Of a stretch of 64,000 nucleotides of DNA, positions 9,796 to 18,745 are shown one piece after another. Below the pieces are notes generated by a model. That model worked only from the letters and a program-made list of their open reading frames with translations, searched no databases and was not told where the DNA came from. Source of the stretch: a candidate division WOR-3 bacterium (GTDB taxonomy: Bacteria > Hydrothermota > 32-111); the NCBI GenBank assembly GCA_039804105.1, contig JBDRZU010000001.1:32001-96000 (forward strand). The letters run 5' to 3'. A program made the translations under genes and the position numbers. Position 1 is the stretch's first letter, and each line of letters begins with the position of its first letter.

Positions 9796-11916
9796 ATGGC
9801 AACTTTAAGTGAAGCTAAAGAAAAAGCGTTACAACTCGAAAAGAGTGGAAGATTTGAGGATGCTATAAAAATCTATATGAAAATTATTGCGGCGACGAAG
9901 GGACAGCCGGATCCTGCAATCTATAATAAAATTGGTGATCTTTACATTAACAATTTAAAGAAAAAGTCTGAAGCTATTGAAAACTACAGAATGGCAATGA
10001 ACATTTATGTTCAACAGACATGGTTCCCCCTTGCAATAGCGATGGCAAAAAAGATTATCAAACTTGATCCTGATCAACTTGAAATGTATGAAACTGTTGC
10101 TGATCTACAAAAGAGAGCAGGTTCAATTGGAGAGGCGTTGAATTCTTATATTCTTTTTGCAGAAAAAGCGATTCAACAGAAAAACATAACGATGGCCATA
10201 GAGGGTTTCAAAAAAACACTTGAACTTGTTCCAGAGAAGGTGGAGATAAAAGAAAAACTTATAGATCTTTACATTCAGGAAAACAATCTTGAGTTTGCGC
10301 TCGAATACTTAAAAGATGTTGAATCATTTTATTTAAAGAGAGGAGATTTACCTCAAGCATCGATGACGAGGAAAAGAATCTCTCAGATAGAATCGAAACT
10401 TGGAATAAAAAAAGAAGAAATAAAGGAACCAATCAAGGAACCTCCGAAATTTGAGGAGAAAAAGAAAGAGATTATTGAAGAGAATCTTGAAGTGGATCTA
10501 ACTGAACTCACCGAAGATTTAGCAAAGCAACTCGATGAAACATTCTCAGGGGATATTTTTGAAACAAAGTCAGAACAGAAGGAAGAGAAAAAAAATCTTG
10601 AAGAGGAAAAATTTGAAGATATCTCTTCAATATTCAAAGAGGATGCCACAAGTATAGAATCTTATGTTGAACTTGGGAAACTCCAGGAAGATCTCGATAT
10701 AAAGAGCGCTATTGAATACTATTATCAGGGTGCTGAAGCATATTATAACGCTGGGAATTTTAAAAGAGCACTTGAAGTTTATACAAGGATCTTCGAACTC
10801 GATAATGAACAAAAAATCGCTTCTGAAAAAATTATTGAACTTTCAAACAAGACCGGTGATTTTAAAGGTGCTATAATGGTTTTTCTTTATTTTGCTAACA
10901 AGGTTAAAAATGAATCAAAAGAAAAAGCAAAATATTACATAGATACGATTTTGAAAGTTGATCCAACCAATAAAGAAGCTTTAAAAATAAAAGGCGAAAT
11001 CGAGCAGGTAAGTACAGTCTTTGAAAAACCTGTTTTTGAGGAACCCAAAAAACCGGTTGAAAAACCTCAACAGACAGTTGTTCCAAAACAGCAGAAAGAA
11101 GAAAAAGTTGAGGACTTCCTTACGTCCTTCAAAGAGGATGTTTTAAAAGAATCTGAAAGTTTTGATATATTCAAAGAGAGTGAGCATTTAACAGCTGCTG
11201 ATATTCTCAAAGGCAAGAATGAAGGTGGTAAACCAAAGTTTAAAGTTGAGGAGGGACAAAAAGAGGCCAAAGATGAGTCCTTCTGGTCTTTACAGGAATT
11301 GCTCGACGAGTTAAAAGATGGGCTCAATCAAAACATTTCAGAGGAGGATGTATCGAGTCACTATGATCTTGGTTTATCCTTTAAAGAGATGGGGCTGTAT
11401 GATATGGCTATTGAGGAGTTCCAAAAATCTGTAAAGAATAAAGATTTTGAAATGAAATCACTTGAAATGCTCGGGCAATGTTTCCTTGAAAAAGGGGAAC
11501 TTGATCTTGCGGAAGAAAGTTTGATAAAAGCTCTGTCGATGAAAGGAAAAGCGGAGATTGAGTATCTGGGTATAAAATATACTCTTGGAAAACTTTATGA
11601 AAGAAAAAATATGTTCAAAGAAGCCCTAAAACTTTACAATGAAATCTATGCTGTTGATTCGAAGTTTGAAGATGTAGAAAAAAGGATAAACACTCTGAAA
11701 AATTTAACAAAGCAGGTTGAAAAACCTAAAATGGAAGTATCAGGTAAAAAAGAGGAAACGAAAAAGGAAGAGTTCATTGATTTCTCCTCAATTTTAAAAC
11801 AGGAAATAGGAGAAGATTTCAATCTTGATGATTTTAATGTTGATGAATTCAACATCGATTCTTTTGATGATTCAAAAAGTGATAAAGGTAAAAATAACAA
11901 AATAAGTTATATGTGA
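9796..11916 (+). CDS. Large TPR protein, SgmX-like architecture
   Basis: N-terminal TPRs, acidic linkers, C-terminal TPR block beginning SHYDLGLSFKEMGLYDMAIEEFQ, tail NKISYM. Confidence 0.75.
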   Translation: MATLSEAKEKALQLEKSGRFEDAIKIYMKIIAATKGQPDPAIYNKIGDLYINNLKKKSEAIENYRMAMNIYVQQTWFPLAIAMAKKIIKLDPDQLEMYETVADLQKRAGSIGEALNSYILFAEKAIQQKNITMAIEGFKKTLELVPEKVEIKEKLIDLYIQENNLEFALEYLKDVESFYLKRGDLPQASMTRKRISQIESKLGIKKEEIKEPIKEPPKFEEKKKEIIEENLEVDLTELTEDLAKQLDETFSGDIFETKSEQKEEKKNLEEEKFEDISSIFKEDATSIESYVELGKLQEDLDIKSAIEYYYQGAEAYYNAGNFKRALEVYTRIFELDNEQKIASEKIIELSNKTGDFKGAIMVFLYFANKVKNESKEKAKYYIDTILKVDPTNKEALKIKGEIEQVSTVFEKPVFEEPKKPVEKPQQTVVPKQQKEEKVEDFLTSFKEDVLKESESFDIFKESEHLTAADILKGKNEGGKPKFKVEEGQKEAKDESFWSLQELLDELKDGLNQNISEEDVSSHYDLGLSFKEMGLYDMAIEEFQKSVKNKDFEMKSLEMLGQCFLEKGELDLAEESLIKALSMKGKAEIEYLGIKYTLGKLYERKNMFKEALKLYNEIYAVDSKFEDVEKRINTLKNLTKQVEKPKMEVSGKKEETKKEEFIDFSSILKQEIGEDFNLDDFNVDEFNIDSFDDSKSDKGKNNKISYM

Positions 11917-11917
11917 T

Positions 11918-12736
11918 ATGGATTACAACAACTATTTTGGTTTTAATCTGGCCCCATTTTCAAGTTCTCCTGATGAAAGATTCTACTACAATTCTCCTTA
12001 CCATTCGAAAGCTATAATCAAACTTTTACATGTTGTTGAGCAAAGAAGGGGACTTGCTGTTTTGATAGGAGATATCGGTACAGGAAAAACAATGATATCA
12101 AGGAAACTTCTTGACTATTTTTCATCTAAGAGTGATATTTTTGAAGTTTCCCTTCTTGTGATAATACATTCGGAAATAACAGCTGGTTGGCTTTTAAAAA
12201 AAATTGCTATCCAACTTGGCGCTAAAGTTGAAACCGATGACAAGATAGATATAATAGGACATGTTTATAAGCAACTCTCCTATCTTAAAGAGAAGAGAAA
12301 AAGACCTGTTGTTATGATAGATGAGGCGAATATGTTAAAGAGCAAAGAGATAATGGAAGAGTTGAGAGGGCTTTTGAATATAGTTGATAATGATGGACAT
12401 CTGATTACCTTTCTCCTGTTTGGAATGCCTGAAACCGAAGAAAATTTAAAACTTGACCCACCACTTTACGAAAGGATAAGTGTGAAATTGACATTGAATC
12501 CTCTCGATCTTGAATCAACCATAGGATATATAAACCACAGGATCAAAATAGCTGGAAGAGAAGAACCTCTCTTTTCTGCTGGTGCTATGCAACTCATACA
12601 TACATTTTCAAAAGGTAAACCAAGGTTGATCAACACTATCTGTGATAACGCTTTACTTGAAGCGTTTATCGAAAAGAAAAAGTTCATCGATGAGGATATA
12701 ATCAAACAGATATCTTCGGATATGGGCTTGAAATGA
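11918..12736 (+). CDS. ExeA/GspA-family AAA ATPase (copy 2)
   Basis: Walker A GDIGTGKTM, Walker B VMIDEAN, GKPRLINTICDNALL. Confidence 0.88.
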   Translation: MDYNNYFGFNLAPFSSSPDERFYYNSPYHSKAIIKLLHVVEQRRGLAVLIGDIGTGKTMISRKLLDYFSSKSDIFEVSLLVIIHSEITAGWLLKKIAIQLGAKVETDDKIDIIGHVYKQLSYLKEKRKRPVVMIDEANMLKSKEIMEELRGLLNIVDNDGHLITFLLFGMPETEENLKLDPPLYERISVKLTLNPLDLESTIGYINHRIKIAGREEPLFSAGAMQLIHTFSKGKPRLINTICDNALLEAFIEKKKFIDEDIIKQISSDMGLK

Positions 12737-13545
12737 ACAATATCATTGCAGATTTACATATACACTCAAATTATTCTGATGGCAACCTTTCTGTTGAAGA
12801 TATATGCAAACTTTTAAAGATAAAAGGGATAAAATATTTTTCGATAACCGATCATGACTCAAATAGATCTTACGAAGATGCGAAGTTTAATTCAAAAAAA
12901 TATGAACTTGAATATTTCCCCGGGATCGAATTCTCAACAGTGCATAAAAAAAGGCAGGTTCATATACTATTTTATGGAAAAAACATGACGGAAATCGGAA
13001 AAGAACTTGAGTTGAGAAAAAATGATAGATTTTCAAGAATATTGAAAATGGTTGAACTTTTGAAAGGATTCAACATAAATATAGAAAAAGAGGATCTTTT
13101 TTTCGAAGCAAAATATTCTGAATCGATCGGGAGACCTCATCTTGCAAGGGTTATGGTGAAAAGAGGTTTTGTATCAAATCTGAAAGAAGCTTTTGAAAAA
13201 TATATAGGTGATGATAAACCTTGTTATGTTCCCAAAAAGGAGTTCTCAGTCAAAGAAACTGTTGATATGATTCATAACTATAAAGGGTTAGCTGTTCTTG
13301 CACATCCTTATGAAAATAATGTTGTTGAATTTATAGATGAGATTATAGATTATGATATAGATGGTATAGAAGTTTTTTCACCAAAAAACAATCAGTTCAA
13401 TATCGAGTTTCTACGAGAAAAAGCGTTTAAAAATTCTTTGTTGATAACCGGTGGTACAGATTTCCATGGTGATGGAGAATACCAAAAGTATGGGTTGAAC
13501 AGTTTGAATTTTGAGGAATTCTATAATGTATGGAGGAATTTATGA
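12733..13545 (+). CDS. PHP-domain phosphoesterase (YciV/TrpH-like)
   Basis: DLHIHSNYSDG, ITDHD, GRPHLA, LAHP, GGTDFHG. Confidence 0.9.
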   Translation: MNNIIADLHIHSNYSDGNLSVEDICKLLKIKGIKYFSITDHDSNRSYEDAKFNSKKYELEYFPGIEFSTVHKKRQVHILFYGKNMTEIGKELELRKNDRFSRILKMVELLKGFNINIEKEDLFFEAKYSESIGRPHLARVMVKRGFVSNLKEAFEKYIGDDKPCYVPKKEFSVKETVDMIHNYKGLAVLAHPYENNVVEFIDEIIDYDIDGIEVFSPKNNQFNIEFLREKAFKNSLLITGGTDFHGDGEYQKYGLNSLNFEEFYNVWRNL

Positions 13546-14747
13546 ATATAGAACTTTTAAAAAGTTTGATTCAACAGAATGAAAAAAAGATGTTACTTGT
13601 AATACTCGATGGAGTTGGAGGAATACCTGATAGCTCAAAAATGACTGAACTTGAAAAAGCAAATAAGAAAAATATGGATGAACTTGCAAAGAATAATGAT
13701 CTTGGATATATGGTTCCTGTTGATATAGGGATAACACCGGGTAGTGGCCCCGGTCATCTTGCTGTATTTGGCTATGAACCAACGGAATACCCTATTGGTA
13801 GGGGTATACTTGAAGCGTTGGGACTCGATATAAAGATAGATGAAAAAACCGTTACTGCAAGATGCAATTTCGCTACAATGAATACAGAGGGTAAAATAAT
13901 CGATAGAAGAGCTGGAAGGATATCAAGTGAAGAAAATATAAGATTAGTAAAAAAATTGAACGAGAATTTTAAAGATTTTGGGAAATATAAAGTTGAATTC
14001 TATTCAGGGAAAGAACATCGATTTGTCCTTGTGGTGAGAGGTATTGAAAACGATGCCTATGTTAACGATACGGATCCACAGGTTGTGATGGAAAAACCTT
14101 TAAAAGCAAAATCGATCAAAGGGAATAGTGAAGAATGTGCTAATATAATAAATGAAATCTTTGAAAAAAGTTTGAAAATTTTAAAAGATGAACAAAAAGC
14201 TAACTGTATACTTTTTAGAGGTATTTCAAAAATGCCGTCAATAGAACCATTTAAAGATCGTTATGGATTAAACCCGGCATGTATAGCCACCTACCCTATG
14301 TATAAAGGATTAGCATCATTGGTTAAAATGGATATTTTGAAAACAGGAGAAACTTTAAAAGATCAGATAGAAACTTTAAAAGAAAATTATAATAAGTATG
14401 ATTTCTTCTTTTTTCATGTTAAAAAGACAGATTCCTATGGAGAGGATGGTGATTTCGAAAATAAGACTAAAGTGATAGAAGAGTTTGATAAACTTCTTCC
14501 AGAAATACTCTCTCTTGATTTTGAAGTTGTTGCGATAACTTCAGATCATTCAACCCCATCGGTAATGAAAGCACACTCATACCATTATGTTCCTTTACTT
14601 TTCATCAACAAATACCCAAGACCTGTTGATGTTAAAGGTTTTTCAGAAAGAGAGTGTTTGAAAGGATCGATTGGAAAAATCTATTCAAAAGAACTTATAG
14701 TTTTGATGCTAGCTGCTTCATCCAAATTGAAGAAGTTTGGTGCATGA
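13542..14747 (+). CDS. apgM: 2,3-bisphosphoglycerate-independent phosphoglycerate mutase, archaeal type
   Basis: LDGVG, PGSGPGHLA, GRGILEALG, DRRAGR, KTDSYGEDG, TSDHSTP; start moved to ATG 13542 behind GGAGG. Confidence 0.92.
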   Translation: MNIELLKSLIQQNEKKMLLVILDGVGGIPDSSKMTELEKANKKNMDELAKNNDLGYMVPVDIGITPGSGPGHLAVFGYEPTEYPIGRGILEALGLDIKIDEKTVTARCNFATMNTEGKIIDRRAGRISSEENIRLVKKLNENFKDFGKYKVEFYSGKEHRFVLVVRGIENDAYVNDTDPQVVMEKPLKAKSIKGNSEECANIINEIFEKSLKILKDEQKANCILFRGISKMPSIEPFKDRYGLNPACIATYPMYKGLASLVKMDILKTGETLKDQIETLKENYNKYDFFFFHVKKTDSYGEDGDFENKTKVIEEFDKLLPEILSLDFEVVAITSDHSTPSVMKAHSYHYVPLLFINKYPRPVDVKGFSERECLKGSIGKIYSKELIVLMLAASSKLKKFGA

Positions 14748-15616
14748 TGAAAAAGTCAGGATATGTTTCTATAATTGGTAAACCAAATACAGGTAAATCA
14801 ACACTTTTGAACAGAATTTTAAAAGTTAATATTTCTGCTGTAAGTAAAAAAGCTCAGACAACAAGAGCTGCTGTTCTTGGTATATATAACGATGAATCTT
14901 CCCAGATAATCTTTTATGATACTCCAGGAATAATAAAGAGTAAAAATCTATTAGAAGAAGAAATGATGAACGATATTGAAAGGGTACTCAAGGGATCAGA
15001 TATAATAATCTATATCCATGATAACAAAAACTGGGTGGATGATAAAATAGAGTTTAAAAAAAAGAAGGATACTGTTGAACTTGTTGTTTTGAATAAAATC
15101 GATCTGATAACCCAGGAAGAAGCAAACATGATTTTAAATAATCTAAAAGAAAAATATTCTCTTGAAGTCATACCTGTTTCAGCTTTAACGGGATATAACA
15201 TCGATAAGTTAATAGAAGAGATAAAATCTAAACTTCCCCACGATATCTTATTTTACCCTGAGGATATGATAAGTGAAAAACCCGAAAGATTTTTTGTCGC
15301 TGAATTTGTAAGACAGATTGTTTTTGAAACATACGGACAGGAAATTCCATATTCAACTGGTGTTATAATTGATGAGTTCAAAGAAAGGGGAGATGGAAAG
15401 GATTATATAAAAATCATTCTTCTTGTCGAAAGAGAATCACAAAAGAAAATTCTTATTGGTGAGAAAGGAAAGATGATAAAAAAGGTTGGAATAGAATCAA
15501 GAAAACTTATAGAAGATTTTTTGGAAAGGCCTGTTTTTCTCGAACTTGTTGTAAAAGTTTCACCCGATTGGAAAAATAAAAAAAATATTATAAGAAAAAT
15601 GTGGGAACAGATATAG
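14744..15616 (+). CDS. era: GTPase Era
   Basis: GKPNTGKS, QTTR, DTPG, NKID, KH domain EIPYS...IGEKG; start moved to ATG 14744. Confidence 0.95.
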   Translation: MMKKSGYVSIIGKPNTGKSTLLNRILKVNISAVSKKAQTTRAAVLGIYNDESSQIIFYDTPGIIKSKNLLEEEMMNDIERVLKGSDIIIYIHDNKNWVDDKIEFKKKKDTVELVVLNKIDLITQEEANMILNNLKEKYSLEVIPVSALTGYNIDKLIEEIKSKLPHDILFYPEDMISEKPERFFVAEFVRQIVFETYGQEIPYSTGVIIDEFKERGDGKDYIKIILLVERESQKKILIGEKGKMIKKVGIESRKLIEDFLERPVFLELVVKVSPDWKNKKNIIRKMWEQI

Positions 15617-15639
15617 AGAGGTTTTTACCTCTCTATATC
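15610..15639. terminator. Hairpin between convergent era and aminotransferase, probable bidirectional terminator
   Basis: Perfect 13-bp stem GATATAGAGAGGT-TTTT-ACCTCTCTATATC. Confidence 0.75.
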
Positions 15640-15655
15640 ATTATTGGGAATATAA

Positions 15656-16870
15656 TTATTTTACATAATCCGAAATAACATCAGCAAGTCTTTTGACACC
15701 TTCAACTATCTCTTCTTTTGTTGGATATGAAAAGTTGACTCTGAAAGAGTTCTTTTTGTTTCCATGCGCATAAAAAGCACTTCCCACAACGTATGCTACA
15801 TTTTTTTCTATTGCAAATTTAAACATTTCATCACAATCATAACCCTCAGGTAAAGAAACCCACAAAAACAATCCACCATCAGGTTTTGTCCATTTTATCC
15901 CTTTGTTTTTTGGCATGTATTTTTCAAGTGATTCAAGCATAAGTTCATTCTTTTCCTTATAAATTGATATAGTCCTTTCAACTGTTTTTTTCAGAAGTCC
16001 TCTGTTTAAGAATAATGCTGCTATGAACTGATTAAATGGAGGTGTGCAGAGATCTGTTGCCTGTTTTGCTACTATGAATTTATCGATTATCTCTTTCGGA
16101 GCAACAGCCCAACCCAATCTGAATCCTGGAACAAATATTTTACTAAATGTAAACAAGGCGATAACAAGGTTATTTTTGTCAAGTGAAAGAAGTGAAGGAA
16201 TATTTTCGTTTCTGTATCTTATCATTCTGTACGGAGAGTCCTCTATTATCATAATTTTTTCTCTTGTGGCTATTTCAAGTAACTCTTTCCTTCTTTTTAA
16301 TGACATCGTTACACCTGCTGGATTATGAAAATCAGGGATAACATATATGAATTTTGGTTTTATTTTTTCTTTTTTTAACCTGTTTATCGTCAAGTCAAGA
16401 AGATCTGTTTTGATACCCTCTTCATCGAGTTCAACATCGACCATTCTGCTTCTATAACTGTTGAAAGCACTGATGGCACCAACATAGGTCGGAGATTCTA
16501 CAATGCAGGTATCCTGTGGATTCAAGAAGATTTTTCCGACAAGGTCAAGTCCCTGCTGACTTGCAATAGTTATACTGATATTCTCCTCTTTTACAGATAC
16601 ATTTTCACTCTCTTTCATAAGTTTTATCAGTTCTGAAAGAAGCATTGGAAGTCCTTCTGTTGAACCATATTGCAAGGCCTTTGCTCCATATTTGTCATAA
16701 ACTTCCTGTGTTATTGTTTTTAGCTCTTCAACAGGAAACGACTCTGTTGATGGGAGCCCTCCAGCAAAAGATATTATCCCTTCTTTTTGGGTTAATTTTA
16801 ATAGTTCTCTTATGACCGATCTTTTCATCGATTTAATGTTATCTGAAAAAAGTTCTTCATAATTTATCAT
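15656..16870 (-). CDS. PLP-dependent aminotransferase class I (LysN/Aro8-like)
   Basis: ISFAGGLP, ALQYG, PDFHNPAG, IEDSPY, FSKIFVPGFRLGW; upstream TTGATA-N17-TAAAAT and AAGGAG. Confidence 0.92.
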   Translation of the reverse strand: MINYEELFSDNIKSMKRSVIRELLKLTQKEGIISFAGGLPSTESFPVEELKTITQEVYDKYGAKALQYGSTEGLPMLLSELIKLMKESENVSVKEENISITIASQQGLDLVGKIFLNPQDTCIVESPTYVGAISAFNSYRSRMVDVELDEEGIKTDLLDLTINRLKKEKIKPKFIYVIPDFHNPAGVTMSLKRRKELLEIATREKIMIIEDSPYRMIRYRNENIPSLLSLDKNNLVIALFTFSKIFVPGFRLGWAVAPKEIIDKFIVAKQATDLCTPPFNQFIAALFLNRGLLKKTVERTISIYKEKNELMLESLEKYMPKNKGIKWTKPDGGLFLWVSLPEGYDCDEMFKFAIEKNVAYVVGSAFYAHGNKKNSFRVNFSYPTKEEIVEGVKRLADVISDYVK

Positions 16871-16933
16871 AAATAACTCCTTTTATTGTAATATTCAAAA
16901 TTTTACCTTAAATCTTCTTAAATATCAAGAATT

Positions 16934-18247
16934 TTATTTTAGAAGATTTTGTAAAGAATCATATAAAAGTTCAGAAATGAGTTCAAATCCCAAATAGTTG
17001 TTGTGACAGTCATCAACAAAATATTTGCTTTTATCATCTTTCTCGTTAAAAAATTTCTCAAGATCTATTAGTTTTATTCGATATTCTTTTGAAATTTTTC
17101 TCAAAATCTCATTATAAATCGCAACATTTTTTCTAAAATCTTTTTCACTTTTGTATTGTTTTATGTTATAAGGTCTTGTCAGTAGAACAATTTCAAATTT
17201 CTTCTTTTGAGATAAATTTACAAATTCAAGAATATTATTTTCATAGTCCTGAAGGGATACTCTTGGAAGATCATCGAGCCCTTTTTTTGAAGATAATTTT
17301 ATTTTTTGTGATACGATAAATTTTACAAAATAATAGTTTTTTAAGTGACCATAAAAATGTAACAAAACGGTTGGAAATTTTCTGTATTTATCGTATCCAT
17401 AAAAAAATGTTGAAGCATCATTCCATCCAAAGGAAACGACTAAAATATCTGGAGAAAATTTTAATATGTAATGTTTAAACCTTAAAAGTCCCTGATAGGA
17501 AGTGTAACCTGTGACTCCAGCATTTATAACTTTAATATTATTCCTCCCTACATTTTCAAATCTTTTCTGAAGAAGATAAGGAAAAGAATGGATATCTTCA
17601 CCTTCAGTGTTGGAATCACCTATGCAAAAGATTCTAAACTCACCCTTAACTTTCTTTGTATTTTGGAGTTCTCCTTTAAAACCAAACCTGTTATATGGAT
17701 ATTCACCCCTTATCGGTTCCCAGAAAAAAATTGGGTTGAATATCAAATGTAAATTGTCTGTAACTTTGATCAGAAGATCTATATCGTTTGTTAAAAATTT
17801 TGTATCAATATCTTTAAACCTTTCATTTATAACTGAGATATCCTCAATGTCATCTGAAATTTTAAGAGTGTATATTGGAGAGTAGAGTTTAATTTTATCA
17901 AAATAAATCAACCAGAAAAAAATAAATTCCAATAAACCAAAAAAAATTATAATTGTTGATATAAACTGGGAAATTAGGATAAAATAATTCTTTTTATACA
18001 ATGTTTTTAAAACATTGTAAAACTTTTTTTGTGTGATAAAAACTAAAATCGAAAAAAATATAATAATGATTGTAAAGATTAACTTAAGTTTTCCATTTAA
18101 AAAAGGATTTAAAATGTATCTTAAGAAAAAAAGTGTAACAAGAAAAATTGCTGTTGAGAGTTTATAAAGTTTGTTCTGGTATTTTAAAAAGAGGAAAGGA
18201 GAAATTAAAAAAAAGAATAATATGATGATTTCAACAACATGTATCAT
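16934..18247 (-). CDS. Membrane-anchored SGNH/GDSL hydrolase
   Basis: Four N-terminal TM segments; GDS, NAGVTG, GWND and DDCH blocks; start moved to ATG 18247, 7 nt after a TATAAT box. Confidence 0.82.
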   Translation of the reverse strand: MIHVVEIIILFFFLISPFLFLKYQNKLYKLSTAIFLVTLFFLRYILNPFLNGKLKLIFTIIIIFFSILVFITQKKFYNVLKTLYKKNYFILISQFISTIIIFFGLLEFIFFWLIYFDKIKLYSPIYTLKISDDIEDISVINERFKDIDTKFLTNDIDLLIKVTDNLHLIFNPIFFWEPIRGEYPYNRFGFKGELQNTKKVKGEFRIFCIGDSNTEGEDIHSFPYLLQKRFENVGRNNIKVINAGVTGYTSYQGLLRFKHYILKFSPDILVVSFGWNDASTFFYGYDKYRKFPTVLLHFYGHLKNYYFVKFIVSQKIKLSSKKGLDDLPRVSLQDYENNILEFVNLSQKKKFEIVLLTRPYNIKQYKSEKDFRKNVAIYNEILRKISKEYRIKLIDLEKFFNEKDDKSKYFVDDCHNNYLGFELISELLYDSLQNLLK

Positions 18248-18288
18248 TGATTTAATTATATAATGCCTTCCGAAAAAAATCAAATAGA

Positions 18289-18316
18289 TTGAAAAATTTT
18301 TAATTCGATCTAAAAT
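18289..18316 (+). promoter_or_regulatory. sigma70 promoter for archease-rtcB (leaderless)
   Basis: TTGAAA-N16-TAAAAT, 6 nt to ATG; back-to-back with a TTGATT-N17-TATAAT promoter on the minus strand (18283-18255). Confidence 0.55.
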
Positions 18317-18322
18317 ATATTT

Positions 18323-18745
18323 ATGAAGTATATTTTGCTTGATGATACAGGTGATCTTGGTATAGAAGTCAAAGGATACCGGTTTTCAGATCTTTTTGAA
18401 AATCTTGGAAACTCGATTTTTGATCTTATCGTTGAAAACAAAAATGTATACATTTCATTTGTTGAAAGAAATTTTTTGAATGAGGATACTCTCGAAGATC
18501 TGATCATAAAATTTTCAAACAGTTTAATTTTGAGTTTTGAATGTAAAAAAATTGTTGGGAAAATTTTGAAAGTAAATTTTAGTGTTGAAGATAACAAGTA
18601 TAAAATAAATTATAAAATATTTGGTGAAAGATTTGATCCCTCAAAACATTTGGTCAGAAATGTTTTAAAATCAGCCACATACCATAATCTTGAATTTAAA
18701 GATCAAAAAAAGTATAAAAAGATAAGGTTGTATTTTGATCTATGA
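18323..18745 (+). CDS. Archease
   Basis: N-terminal DxTxDLGI, KSATYHNL, C-terminal FDL; translationally coupled to rtcB. Confidence 0.85.
   Translation: MKYILLDDTGDLGIEVKGYRFSDLFENLGNSIFDLIVENKNVYISFVERNFLNEDTLEDLIIKFSNSLILSFECKKIVGKILKVNFSVEDNKYKINYKIFGERFDPSKHLVRNVLKSATYHNLEFKDQKKYKKIRLYFDL

Noticed and set aside
8935..12736. Type II secretion system or transposon TnsC/TniB ATPases
   Set aside because: No gspC-M genes, transposase or terminal repeats nearby; motifs fit stand-alone ExeA-family proteins
14654..14743. N-terminal extension of Era; likewise the extensions at 59354 (Skp), 25172 and 26433
   Set aside because: They overlap upstream genes; downstream starts match family N-termini and RBS positions
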